Positions 26,640 through 39,591 of a stretch of 64,000 bases of DNA are shown here, one piece after another (position 1 is the stretch's first letter; each line of letters starts with the position of its first letter). The stretch covers positions 186,001 through 250,000 of the forward strand of contig UYFQ01000056.1 in the NCBI GenBank assembly GCA_900617105.1, in the 5' to 3' direction. Source of the stretch: Hydrurus foetidus. Lineage: Eukaryota. The translations under genes were made by a program, and so were the position numbers. The notes under the pieces are model-generated. The model did not search any database. It saw only the letters and a program-made list of their open reading frames with translations, and was not told where the DNA came from.

Positions 26640-27280
26640 AACTAAATCTATCTCCGAGTCTTCTGCAATGCGGACCGGAAGAGAAAAGATGTCTTTTAAA
26701 GAAGCTTTTTTAAATGATAGACTCTGCGGTTAATGACGTCACCGACTTCACACCCCGTATCGATTTGGGCGAGGGCATCCATGCCTCTACTTGGAGGAGT
26801 ACGGCTTGTTGGAGCTGCTGGAGGATCCTTCTTTGTCTTTTGCCTTGTCGCGCGCGAAGGCTTCGCGCTCGTTGCGTTGGCAGTCGCCGTCGCGGTTGTC
26901 GGCGGCGGCGTGTGTGCGGTTGTCTTCGCGAGGGCGGTCTTCTTGGCGGGGGCCATACTAATCTGTGGGAGAGAAATGTTGACTTGTAAGTAATCATTTA
27001 CTTTTTCAGGAAGTATTGCTGAAAGCAAGGTACGCGTTCGAGGTAAGTCGATACGCGGTAAAGTTGGTACGATAAAGTTGGTGGTATAAACTCACTTCTA
27101 CGTCTGTCGTCGTACGCCAGCTGGATGGTGTCCTGGATGGTGTCCCGATTGGTCTATTTGATGGATATCTTTGTGGTCTCCATGAACTTCATCCCGAGTG
27201 CGTTCTCTGCTGGAAACTTTCCGTAAAAAGCTTTGCAGATTTCGTTTTCGCTCTCCGGTGTTAGGTCGGATCAGTCTGGG
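26640..27280 (-). pseudogene. Gypsy gag-end/aspartic protease fragment
   Basis: ALAQIDTGCEVGDVINRR, homologous to 33060-33130. Confidence 0.75.
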
Positions 27281-27827
27281 TAGTAGCAAGGGGGTATTAA
27301 AAGGAGAGGGGGCACTTTGACGCCACCGGCTGCTGTAAATTCTTCTCATACGTCGCACACTCAAAAATGATTTTTTTCAAAAAACCACGATCCGGAAATT
27401 GCATCTAATTTTCGGTTTCAGTTTTTGGTTTCGGTGCTAATAGCATCTATTTTCTATGTCTAAAATTGCAATATGACCATTTAAAACTTTAAGAAATCTT
27501 ATGAAATTTTGCGTTGATGCCAAAAAATTTAGGCTACAAACTAATTGGATTGGTTTGGTGTCATTAAAAGTGTCATTTGTGCGTCATAAAAAGGATTAAG
27601 TAGTCTTGGACTGATCCACCACAATATCTATTTTGTATAGATTTTTATTACACTTTTAGTTTACTTTACTGTCATTATGAGTTCTATATTTTCGTATGCT
27701 CATCTTTCTTTTAAACCCTTTCCTTCCATCTCTGTAGTTATCATTAGTTATGTATATGTTTGTACAAAAAACGTGGTGGTCGCGTCATAGATTAGATTTC
27801 TTCGGGAAAAGTGATAAGTGGGGATAA

Positions 27828-28032
27828 TGTGATCGTATCGGGTATACCGGGCCTACGGGCCGTACCGGACCTTGTCACGATCCATCCGATCCTTCCGCCT
27901 ACCGTACACTTACATCCTTGCATACTGCTAGCTAGCTCCAGCCTACTCGTAGAAGTTTACTCTAGCTTCTAGCATAGCCTGTAATCTAACTAATGCCTAC
28001 CTTTCTACCGACCTACTTCTATTCGGACTACA
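27828..28032 (+). repeat. Gypsy 3' LTR with PPT (orphan)
   Basis: PPT gataagtggggataa, then TGTGAT...ggactaCA; similar to the LTRs at 3023 and 56411. Confidence 0.85.
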
Positions 28033-28450
28033 GCAGCTAATATCTGCTATGATATCGCTGCCAAAGTCTTGGATGCTGATTCTCAATTGTTCCTATCGTC
28101 GGCACCTGATTTATTGCAAAATTCATGAGTTTCGATGAGCCGCAATTCTACATGCCAAATCGACCGCACAGTATTATGAGAGTCCACACAGCGGCAAAAG
28201 CTATCAATACTTATCATGATGATGCTGCCAAAGCCTTGGCCACTAGATCGCGACGGTTCATGTCGCTGACACCTGATTCATTGCAAAAATTATGAGTTTT
28301 GATGAGTCAACAATTCTATTAGCTAGCCAAGTTGACCACACTGCTCCTCAGACTACCAGCACAGCGGCAAAAGCAACCAATATCTGCTATGATACCGCTG
28401 CCAGAATCCTAGACGCTGATTCCTATTGGCTCCTACCGTTGCCACCTGTT
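28033..28450. repeat. Degenerate ~170-175-bp tandem repeat (~2.5 units)
   Basis: caatatctgctatgata..gctgcca...cacctg...tgagttt.gatgag recurs. Confidence 0.65.
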
Positions 28451-31130
28451 TCAAGCGATGTAGTTTTGTGAGTCAGCGGGCTATTAATTATAGACGGTAC
28501 ACTAAGGTGGTCAATTATCATTTTTATGACTAACAAAATAGATTAGTGATGGTTAGTGCACGGTTCATATGAATCAAGGGACTCATCAGACTATGCTACA
28601 ATTGATTTAAAGGGATCAGCGGCGATAAGAAATTGACTCAACTGGCGTCTGTTCTGAAGTTTACTTTATTTGATGAAAGAGCTGTGAGACGAGAAGACGA
28701 TCAAATTCCCTAGATATCAGGGCGTACAGTGCAGTGTTCACAATCTGAGCTACTCTGGCACGCATGTAACTCCCTTATTGGTCAAGCAACAGTCCAGATT
28801 CAAATTAGATGCAATTTCCAGATTCAAATTAGATGCAATTTCCAGAACAGGGTATTTTGGAGTTGAGTGTGCGACGTGTGAGAAAAATTTACCGCAGCCG
28901 GTAACGTCAAAGTGCCCCCTCTTCTTTTAATACCCCCTTAGTAGTAGAGTATGATGATCTTCTCGCACCGAGTGATAGATGCCTCTTCAACGTATGCGTC
29001 ATCAAAGTCGTATACAAACTCGTATGCTCTGATTTTCTCATTGCAATCGTAGGTCGTGTTGGACGTCCTAGTCACCTGTGCACCAGAACGGATCAGGTTA
29101 CACGGAAAATGGAATTTAAGGATTCCTCCATACTGAGCATTGTGCTCAACATCTACACATCATAGATACAAGTAGAACTCAGCAACCACTGCACTTGAGT
29201 CATAAGCTTTGTGCGGAAAGTGACCGGGACTCATTGATCAAGGAGGCTCTGTCGTTGCGTTGGGGCTCAATGCCTCACCAGATTTTTGGTTTGCTCCGAT
29301 TCCAAAGGCATCCTTTGGCAAAAAATGAGTCGCCGAATGATATGAAGGACTGAATGGTGAATCGTTCTCTTCGACACAAGGCTCTTTGAATGTGTCTTGA
29401 ACAATAATCTGATTTTGCTTCCTACTTTAACGTCCATTGAATACTGACGCAAATCACTTTTAGGAGGTCGGTGAGGAAGCATTTTTGGAGCTATAAATGA
29501 TATCTCTCCGCAGCCTGGGAGCATCAATTGAAGGTGAGACTTTGCGAGTGGTTACATCAATGATCACTTGAGCTTATTCTTCACTTGAAACACTCGTAAC
29601 TGGTCTCTCAGGCGCAAACGCCACTATAATTTTTTTCAAGTGGAGAAAGTGGTGATATTTTATCACCCATTATGGTTGTGATTGGCTGCAAAGTAAGTCG
29701 TTCTATTAAGAGGAATTCTTCCTTTATATGTCAGAATGATGATGTACTTCGCAGAAGCGCCGATAGTGAAGCTGTTCGCAGAATATGCAATGAATTATTC
29801 TTTTTATAACTTACACCATCTATCAAATCCATTGCAGATCGATTGAACTAGCTGTCCAGAAGGCTTCCGAGTGAAAACAGAAGGAGGACAAGACAGAAGA
29901 TGTGGTATCGGAGTGAGTCCAGTCGGTGTAGTCGTTCGGAGCCGTGACGGCTGAGCTAAACTGAGCGCTTCATGGCAAAGCATGCAAGCTTCGCTCTGAT
30001 ATCAAAACTGTATCTGAAATTAAGAATTGAGATGTATTGTGGATTGACGCACACCCTTTTAATTAAGACCAGAAATGTCTACCTATCCTGCTGTGCTTCT
30101 ATATATTTGTTTCTATACTGAAATTAATAAAAGGTGTTCGGTACAAAAACATAGAAAATTTGATCGCAGTATTTAAAGTAAACGGCATGCTTCGAGTACT
30201 CCAAAGAATGCCATAATGCCAATCTCTGTCTTCTACACACCGTCGTTGATAGATCTGGCGTGTATGAGGTGACGATATCAACATTAGTTTAGCACTCCTA
30301 CATCTTTCCTGTGATTTTAAACGGCGTCGCATTTCTTCATCTTCTACGCCGCCTCTGCTCTGCAAAATGATTGGCGGTGAGGTCAGCGATGTTCGGTGGA
30401 CGATGCTCTGTAAAGACGCATTAAAATGCTGTGAAGAATAAAGATGACTCCGAATAAGCACCGCCTCTACCTTCAAATTCATCTCATTTACCTAGAGCTT
30501 CTTATCTTACTCCAACGAAACGACGACCTTAATCACTCAGGTAAAGTCATAACTGATACCTATCGCAAGAATAAAAAAGCATGAGAAGTCTAGGCAAGTT
30601 GTCACTCAAGAGGTATCGCTGTCAGACTCAGAAGACATTTTGAAGTCGATGTCCTGAACTCAATTCTGAAATTGAAGGTCCGTTTCGCAGTATCATACCT
30701 TACTGAGTAACTGAATGCTTCAAGTTTCTGAAACTCAACTCGCCAATGGATGAAGTGGCTTCTGTGCTATGATATGGCGGATCATAGCATAGATATACTC
30801 TAGTTATTGACCACCGTGAGACTGATAACATACGTAAAATACAAAAAAAGAGGCACAAGCCAGTATGATACAGATTTTCTTTAAATTCCAAAATTGAGCG
30901 AGGGTCGTGTAACCTGATCCGTTCTGGTGCACCTGTGAGAGGCAGGCTGTCAAGTCCTTAGCGATCTGTCGAATCGATAAGGTGACACCGCGGATAATGG
31001 GCCAGATGGGACATCCGGGTTGGATGTAACCAAGGACCGCCTTCATTCCGTTGAGTCTGAACTTGATAGGAACCAGAGCACTCTCGGTAATGATCTGCTT
31101 CCAAAAGTGGTGTGGCCTCACTAGGATCTG

Positions 31131-33377
31131 ACGATCCCGTAATCTGACGCGTCGGTCATGAGGGTAATGGGCGCTGTATCGTGTATGAAATATAATAAAG
31201 GACTCTTTGCAATTAGATCTTTTATCTTTTGAAAAGAATTTGCGGCGTCATCTGTCCAGATTAGCATTGATTGCTTTTTCGCGGCGTGATCTATAATTTT
31301 GTGCAGTGGTGCTACCACGTTGGAGTGATTTGGTACATGATCCCGAAAATAATTGGTGAGTCCGAGGAACGATCTAAGTTCAGTCGTCTTTCGTGGCATA
31401 GGAAAGTCGGTCACTCCTCTTATTTTTTGGAACTCATAGTTATACCTTCTTTAGATATTTGTCTACCGACATATTCAACTATTCGCACATTTAGCTTTAG
31501 CTTTGCGGCTTTTAGTGAAATGTTTTTGTTTTCTAGGCGTTGAAAAAGGATTTCTAATCGCTCGCAGAATTGATCAAATCCATTACCATAAACGATGATG
31601 TCGTCGAGGTATACTTCACAGATTTGGTATATTAGTCCTAAAAGGACTATTGAGGCCATCATTTCTTGGAAATATGAGGGGGCTCTTTTGGGTCCGAAAG
31701 GTAGTCGGGTAAAGTGGTAGATGCCCATAAATGTTATGAAAGCTGTATACACACGTGTACTTAGTGTTAACGGTGCTTGGTGATATCCTGCTGTGAGGTC
31801 TATTACACCGAATGTGTCTGCTTTTTGTGAACCTAATCTTGCTAACATTTGTTTAATATTAGGGATTGGCCAGCTTGCTGATTCCGTTGCGTCGTTGAGG
31901 TGACGATAGTCAATACAGAATCGGTATGAACCGTCTGGCTTTGCCGCGAGTGTTACTTGCGAATAGTATGATGCCTCTGATTTGACTATTATACCCTGTT
32001 CAAGCATAGTTTCAACTTGTTTTCGGATTTCGACTTGTTTTCGTGTAGACGTTGGTCGTGGTGCTACGCGGTTTTTGAAAACTTTCCACTCTGGATCCCG
32101 TACGGGTAGTCCAAAGGGGGAATTCGCGCGGGCTCTGGTCCGAGTTTGTTGTTGAATAGCTTTATGTGTTTGACACAAATTGCTTTAATTTTTGCTTGTT
32201 GTTCAGGGGTACCATCGATTTGTATGAGATCGATGAGGTACATTTTGTCCTCTGTTGGATTGTCTTGGAAAGGAGCGAAGGTATCCTTCGACTTGTAGTC
32301 AATCTCTTCGGGTCCGAAGGGTTGAACCTCTGGGAGTTCTTCACGCTCCCGGAGTAGAGCAGCAACTAAACCACGTGTTTGGGCTGGTGCCTTGGATGAG
32401 GGAGTAGGAGTAGCTAATTCCGGACTCCTGTCGGTTGTTACACCTAAATCATTTTGTCGGGGAGGTGACAACAAAACTGCTGCCTCGACCGTAGAGTGCA
32501 AAATGAACTCATCAGAATCTAGCCTAGCCGCTGCCGCAGCTAAGCTAGTGGGACACCCACATGAAGGAGTGCATGTCTTGCTTGTACAAGCACCTCGAGC
32601 CACCAGGTCGTCTTGCCATCGACTGTCTGTGTCTGAGGGTTTTATCCCCTCTCGGCTAGTTATAACCGGAGGTAAGGTTGGACTTGTAATACTCGTAACT
32701 GTGTCCGACTCTGCTTCTAGCATGAGTGGAACATCCACGTGGTTTAATACCATGTTTGTGGATTGATTCAGTTTTTGTAATGAGTGAATTTTTTCATTTT
32801 GGATATTTTCCGGAGATTGGAAGAATTCCGGAATGATTTTAACCAAATTTAGTTTTTTATGGTCTCCAATCCTAAGATTAGGTCGACTTTGGAATCTTCT
32901 GCAATTCGCACCGGAAGAGAAAAGTGTATTTTAAATCGTTTTTGTTAAATGATACAACAATATCAAGGACAGCAGTGGATTCAATACATTGATTATTTAG
33001 ACCCGAACACATCCATATGGGAGAGTCGGTGGTGCGGAGTTGGGGTTCACCACGTAGGCCCCGAAGGACTCTACGATTGATTACGTCCCCAACTTGACAT
33101 CCGGTGTCGATTTGGGCTAGGGCGGCCATGCCGTTATTTTGGTCCATAGCTGGAGGAAGATTTGGGTGGGGACCGGTCTCGATCGCGGCGATCTTTGTCT
33201 TTGTCTTTTCCGCTTGGCGCGAGTCGTCTTTGCGGTTGGAGTCGCGGTCGCGGCTGTCAACTCGGTCGCCAAAGCGGTAGCCGGGGATTGGGTCTGAGGA
33301 AGATATATTGTTACTTGTAAGTAATCATCAATCTCGTTAGGTATGATTGTTGATAAAAGCATTTGCATGTTTGGCAA
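31131..33377 (-). pseudogene. pol: Protease, RT and partial RNase H
   Basis: QIDTGC, FCIDYRHLN, YLDD, TDASDYG. Confidence 0.9.
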
Positions 33378-33420
33378 AATACGATTTTCTGAGATATTTT
33401 CCGCATACGGAATTTTGGAC

Positions 33421-33536
33421 TCACTTTTTCCTTTGTACCCGCGGTCTTTGATGTCGCGAGTATCGCGGTTTTCGTTGCGATCGGTGTCGCGATTGTCTTT
33501 GCGGTCGTTGTCGCGGTTGGACCGGTCGTTGTTGCG

Positions 33537-33569
<33 letters not shown>

Positions 33570-35576
33570 GGCTTTGGCTTTGTTGTTCTTGCTGTTGTTG
33601 TTGTTGTTCTTGCGAGGGTCGTCTTTTGCAGCGGGAGTCAGCTTCGACGTCGTCGGTTGGGTAGACGTATGTTGCCGCGCCAGGATTGTCGGTTGTCCTG
33701 GTCATTTCGCCATTGAGTAGGACGTTTGGGACGAAATGGTCGTGGCCAATTCTCCTGAACTCCGTTGCCAACGTGGATTGACTCCACGTGGTATACGAGT
33801 TGTTGCAATGAGGATTCATGAAATTGCGACAATCGTAGCGATTGTGTCCTTGGCGACCGCAGGTGTGGCAATTATCGATTGTTTTGCTCAGACCTGGGTA
33901 GGCGTCGGATTCGCGTTTGGGTATCGTGCGGTAGGAGGCGGAGAGCTGCGTTGTGTTGCTGGACGACAATGAGTCGGGAGTGATTTTGGTCTCGAAGTCG
34001 TAACGAAGACCACCCATGTTGGACGCGTTGATAACTGTTTGCCGAGCTTCACTGAGGCAGAGATTCATTCGGCACAACATGTTTGGGATGGAATCCTTTT
34101 TGTTGTTTCTTGTTTTGTCCTTTGTAATGTTCATGAAGTTTTCAGTGAACTTATTATCAAGAGGGAGCTTTTTGTAGATGATCTTACAGATCTCATGTTG
34201 GCGGTCTGCAGGTATATTGTCGTAGCTGCCGTAGTATCCGAAGAGGATGTCTCGGAGTCGTGCAATTGCCGCCAACTCTACGTTTGGGTTTTGCCATTTG
34301 ATCTTCATTTGCCAGTTTTTCAGGGCAAGGTCCAAGTCATAGGTAGACTCTGTGGCGCGATCACTGAAGAATAGTTTCTTGAGATCGGTGGCCATGTCGC
34401 GAATGGACAGGAGTTTGTCGTCGATGATGGGCCAGGTTTGACACATTTTGATTGTGTATCCGAGAGTCTTTCGATTTTGAAGGAGACTGTCTCGGATCAC
34501 ATGGACAGCTTCGTCTTCGATGAGATCCTTCCAAGGTGCATTAAACTGAGGGCGGTGCGCCTGTGTATAGAACTTTCGGGCTGTGCCGTCCATGTCCTTC
34601 AGTAATGTCTCACGTGTTACATAGAACACTTCCTTCATGTTGATGAGGGAGGTTGTGAGTGCTTGGGGTGTTCGTTGTTGTTCGAAGACTGTGTCAGCCT
34701 CTTCGGTTTTGCGCTTGCGGTTTGAAGTGGCAGCCGCTTTCGTGGAAGCTGTCGCTGACTTCTTTGCAGCTGCTACCGTTGCTTTCGACGTTTTGGATCT
34801 GGTGGCACGCGTGGGTTTGTCTTCAGATTGGACGGCAGAGAGTGGTTTTGCTTCCCTTGTTTTGGCAAGGGGTTTGATTGGCATAGCCTTTTTCTTTTTG
34901 GTTTTGGTGACGGTGGGGTTGACGCCTCCGACTCACTTTGATCTTCCTCGTCCGATTTGGACTTGGTATCGTCGGGGTTGTTGTCTTCCTCTTCGTCCTC
35001 GTCGTTGGTTTGTTCGTCTTCCGCCTCTTCCGAGGCGTTGTCAGACACCGAGACGTTATCATCGTCGGAGAGAATTTCCTTCGGAGATATTTTGGTACCG
35101 ATTTTGTCGTCGCCCTCTTCCGTTTGAGAAGGATTGATATCCTCTTCTTCGGTTTGGGGTCGGATTGGAGAGCCATCCTCATCTGACTGAGGGTTTAGAC
35201 TGTGTAAGTCATTTGTCTCTTGCATCCAGGCTGACAAGTCTTTCAGTTCTTGATCTTCGAGATCAGATCTGTTGTCAGCCTGTTCCTGCAGCACTTCAAG
35301 TCGCACGCGATTGCGTTCACGTTCTTGTTGTAGCTGCAGGAAGCGTGCTTCGTTTGCCGCCAATTCATCGGATACGCGCGTATGGGTGCTCGAGGCTTTG
35401 ATAGCCGATTTGCCCAGCGTCTTCATGGAGTTGGCTATATTGTCTTCTCGAGCGAGACGCTCGAGTTTAGCCTTCTCTTTATCCGATAGGAAGAGGATAT
35501 TTTGGGGTTTGGGGCGTTTGGAAGACGAGCTAGCTTCGCTAGAGCTCTCTTTCTTGGTTTTTTGGGCCTTAACCAT
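33421..35576 (-). pseudogene. gag: gag with CCHC knuckle, frameshifted
   Basis: ORFs 34773-35576 and 33421-34884; CHTCGRQGHNRYDC. Confidence 0.85.
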
Positions 35577-38244
35577 CGTGGAAATTTGGTCGCCGTTATC
35601 TCACTGGAACTCTGCGTCTTGGACAGCGACGGGACTCGGACGCGGTGATGTAGGGAAAAGAGGAGTAGGTTGTTCGAGGGTGAGGACTAGTAGGTTAAGG
35701 ATGTGGTAGTAGGAGTCAGGGGGATTGGAATGGTTTGGTGCGATTTCGGGAGGAAATCGCAACAAAATTTGGACGTGGGCGGCGGCTTCGTAAGGAACGA
35801 AGCTGGGCGTGGGCGCGTTGGATTTCGTTCGTGAACGAGTTTGGGAGGTGTTACTTGCTTGCAAGTTCCTTTCCTTCGTAAGCCTTCGCGTAGAAGAGCT
35901 GCACGATATTTTGGGAATAAATCGCCAATATTTGAGGTCGCGAACGACTACGATTCAGAGGCTGTCGCGTTGACGAGACCTTTGTAGTATCGTTTGGGGT
36001 GGTTTTCACTCTTAGAGAGTTACTCAACTTGTTTGCTCAGACTGTTTTACGGTCGTTGCGGGATTTTTGATTTGGACGTTTGGTCAACTTGGATCTTAGA
36101 GATCGCTAGTTGGTTCCAAATACCGGTATTGTGGCCTCACTAGGATCTGGGCACTGGGAGCGGGACGGCTGGGAGCGGGAGCAAGGGAAAGGTGCTGGAA
36201 GAGCTATTGCTATGGAAACAATGTGGTTAGCTTACAGGTAAACACAGCAGGTATCATGGCAATGAATCGGATGGATCGGATCGTCCTCGATCCGGTCCGA
36301 ACGTACGCCTGTACCCGTACAGCCCGTACGGGTGTGCGGGTCACAGTGGGCAGGTATGTGTCGAGAAAGTAGGCAGGTTGGCTTGATCGTGGAATGCTTG
36401 GATGGTGGCGGGACCGTGTGTCAAGAGTTTCTCGGCATTGAGCATGAATACCTAATTCATGTTGATGAGTGTACGTCGCTGCTGGTAATTCTCGTCTGAT
36501 AAGACTGAGGTATCACTCTGCTCATTGTCGATATCCTCTTCCACCTTCCGCCTGCGTGCTGACGCTGTTGTTTTTGATTTCAACGCGGTGCTTGCAGTCG
36601 TAGACGTCTTTGGTTTCGACTTAGGAGTAGGGATGGTCTTTTTGGACACCTCTTCTTTAGACTCCTTTGCTGTAGCAGATTTAGGCTGCTCAGACTTCTT
36701 AATCTTTGATGGCACTGTGATCTTCTTCCTTGTGGAAAGCTTTTTGATTTGTTTGGGTGGAGACTGAGCCTTGCGCTTTTTAGGAGCGGCTGACTAAACT
36801 GACCCGTCTGACGATCGATTGTCCTTATCCGAGATTGACTCGGCGTCTTTGACGTTGTTGTCGTCGTCGTCATTGTAACCCTCGTCCCCTTCTTCCTCTT
36901 CCGACTCCAAGTCCACCTCCATGGAGGTTTGGACTCTGATCGTTCGAGATGATTTTCTCACTGGGACGGGCTCACTCTCGATTGATTTTACATCGTCGTG
37001 GATGTCTTCGTTTTGAGACTGCTTGTCTTTCTCGTTGCCTCCTCTTCTTCGTTTCAGTTTCCCTTTGAGGCTTTCTCCACATCGATGGTTTTGGCTACTG
37101 AGGTACTAGAGCACGGACAAGATCGAGTACAGAGCTCTCGCCCTCTTCTCACTTCTTAGTCCGTTGCTTCCAGGAGATATGCGATCATTGCCACGTCTTC
37201 TACAGTTTCTGTGTCTGATGCTGTCCGAGCATTTTGGATTCGCTTGTGCTCAGAAGAGCATTCGGAGTTGCGGGCTGCAATCTCGTCGGGAATGCGTGTA
37301 GCGGTGGCTGAGGCCTTTATGGCTTGTCTGGCCATAGTGGCGTTGCTTCTGGCAATGTTATCGGCTTTAATTTTCTCATCAGCCTTTCGCGCCTTGCGAA
37401 TGCTAAGCACAGGTGTGCTTGCTGGGCCGAAGGAGCTCAAACTTGCCCCTGTGGAGGCTGACCTGTCATGAATATCTTGAGCTTCCACTGTCTTCGTCTT
37501 CGCTACGATTATGGTAGGTAATTTATTGAAGGGACCGCGACGGAACTCGGACGCGGTGGATTTAGAAAGAAGGATAGGTTGAACTTTTGTGAAGACAGGC
37601 GGGTATAGAGTGGAGTAGTAGGAAAAGGAGGATTGGAATGGTTTCATCGGAAATTGACGAGAATTTCTAGAGGAAATTTCTCGGCGAAGCCTGCCGAGCG
37701 AGCAATCCCACGAATGGAGCGTTGCTTCTGGGTCGTTGGGCAGCGCTTTCAACGATGAAAGCTACTGTTCGAGCTTCGGCTTTCGTGTAACGAAAGTTTT
37801 CGATGCAAATTTGGGATTTCTTGAGGAATCACTGGAATCGAGCTTCATCAAGACGAAGGGATAGAAGCTGTCGCTTTGCGAATCAACTCTCTATATAGTC
37901 TAATAGTCGTTTCTGTTTAAGAAAGCTATTGACAAAGAGAGTCTGCTAGCAGTTTGGGCAATCTTAAATTGGTAATCGGCTTTCTTTGAGGAAGGTTTAC
38001 TGATTCCAAGTAAGCTTACTGTGGTCTCAGAAGAGCCTTGACAGGAACAGGGAACTGGACGGCGGATGTCGAAGAGAAAGTGGCTATGGAACGATGCTAA
38101 AAGGATAGCAATGTGATTAGTTTACAGATAAGCACAGCAAGTATCATGCAACAAATCGGATGGATCGGATCGTCCTCGATCCGAACCGTGAGTACGTCTG
38201 TGCCCGCACACGGTATACACGGCACACGTGGTGTACGGGTCACA

Positions 38245-39200
38245 CCGATTCTGTATTGACTATCGTCACCTCAACGATACAACGGAGTCAGCAAGTTGGC
38301 TAATCCCTAATAACAAACAAATATTAGAGATTGAGTTCACAAAAAGCAGACACATTCTGGTGTAATAGACCTCACTGCAGGATATCACAAGCACTGTTAA
38401 CACTAAGTACTCGTGTGTACACAGCGTTTATAACCTTTATGGGCATTTACCATTTAGCCCGACTACCTTTCGGACCCAGAACAGCCCCCTCATGTTTCCA
38501 AGAAATGATGGCCACAATAGTCCTTTTGGGACTAATATACCAAATCTGTGAAGTATACCTCGACGATATCATCGTTTATGGTAATGGATTTGAACAATTC
38601 TGTGAACGATAAGAAATTGTTTTTCAACGTCTCGAAGAGAAAAACAATTCACTAAAAGCAGCAAAGCTTAAACAAAACGTAAAATTAGTTGAATATGTTG
38701 GTAAACAAATATCTAAAGAAGGTATAACTACAGTTCCAAAAAAATAAGAGGAGTGACTGACTTTCCTATGCCAAGAAAGACGACCGAACTAAGATTGTTT
38801 CTCGGACTCACCAATTATTTTCGGGATCATGTACCAAAGCGCACTAATGTGGTAGCACCACTGCATAAAATGATAGATCACGCCGCAAAAAAGCAATCAA
38901 TGCTAATCTGGACAGACGCCGCCGCTAATTCTTTCCAAATGGTCAAAGATCTAATTGCACAGAGTCCTTTACTATATTTCATACACGATACAACGCCCAT
39001 AACCCTTATGACCAATGCGCCGGATTACGGTACAGGCGGCTATTTACTATTTTTCATGCACAATGCAGTGCCAATAACTCTCAAGATCGATCCGTCGGAT
39101 TGCGGCATAGGCGGCTACTTGTATCGAGAAGTCGACGGGGAAAAACAACTCGTCGCTCTTGTCAGCAAGTCTCTTACCAAGACTGAACTAAAATGGTCAG
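38245..39200 (+). pseudogene. pol: Family-A RT/RNase H fragment, heavily degraded
   Basis: Reverse-complement homolog of 31140-31925; YLDD; duplicated TDASDYG-like segment. Confidence 0.88.
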
Positions 39201-39591
39201 ATATATCATCGCTGAACTTACCGTCGAGTGCCATATGTTTTGTATTTGACTTGTATGGTGTGGGGAAAAAAAAGGTCGTTAGAGCACCTCTGTTACTACA
39301 TCACAGTAATCACTGACAGAAACAGCATTACTACTCTCCATACATCACAACTTCATCAATAATTGACCTCGATAGCTGATTTTTCTCCGCGCTTCATCTT
39401 TGACATCTGTGTTTTGGTGGCAGGCGCTGTCGACGTGCCTCGTAAATTTTAGCCAACGTCCTATCAAGGTTTGAAAGGCTCCTTTATTTCTGCCATGGAC
39501 ATGTGTTTTCCTCCATACACCACTATGCCGATCGAAGTGAAGATTGACGATTTGCAGGCATCTCGGCAAAATACTTTAATATCCCGCCAGG

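Larger units (their letters stand above)
27289..28938. mobile_element. Non-autonomous TIR element carrying nested fragments
   Basis: Imperfect ~75-bp TIRs agggggtattaaaag...cgtcgcacactcaa; flanks tagtagca / tagtagta (8 bp, one mismatch). Confidence 0.75.
31111..36345 (-). mobile_element. Family-A gypsy element with internal deletion (integrase and most of 3' LTR lost)
   Basis: 5' LTR 36130-36345; only ~20 bp of 3' LTR (31111-31130); 4-bp TSD GTGG on both sides; gag, PR, RT, partial RH. Confidence 0.92.
30895..38244 (-). mobile_element. Gypsy element (relative of family A), 5' part: 5' LTR 38020-38244 and degraded gag, split by the 31111-36345 insertion
   Basis: gag pieces 37156-37752, 36452-36715, 30804-31121 parallel the gag at 33421-35576 and join across the GTGG duplication. 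Confidence 0.8.

Noticed and set aside
28794..28845. Short tandem repeat suggestive of a CRISPR-like array
   Set aside because: Two adjacent copies with no spacer, in eukaryotic context; no CRISPR array in the window
28940..30890. Short ORFs of possible TE or host origin
   Set aside because: No recognisable motifs and many stops
33421..33640. Poly-Gln tail on gag
   Set aside because: Produced by a (CAA)n tract, probably read out of the native frame
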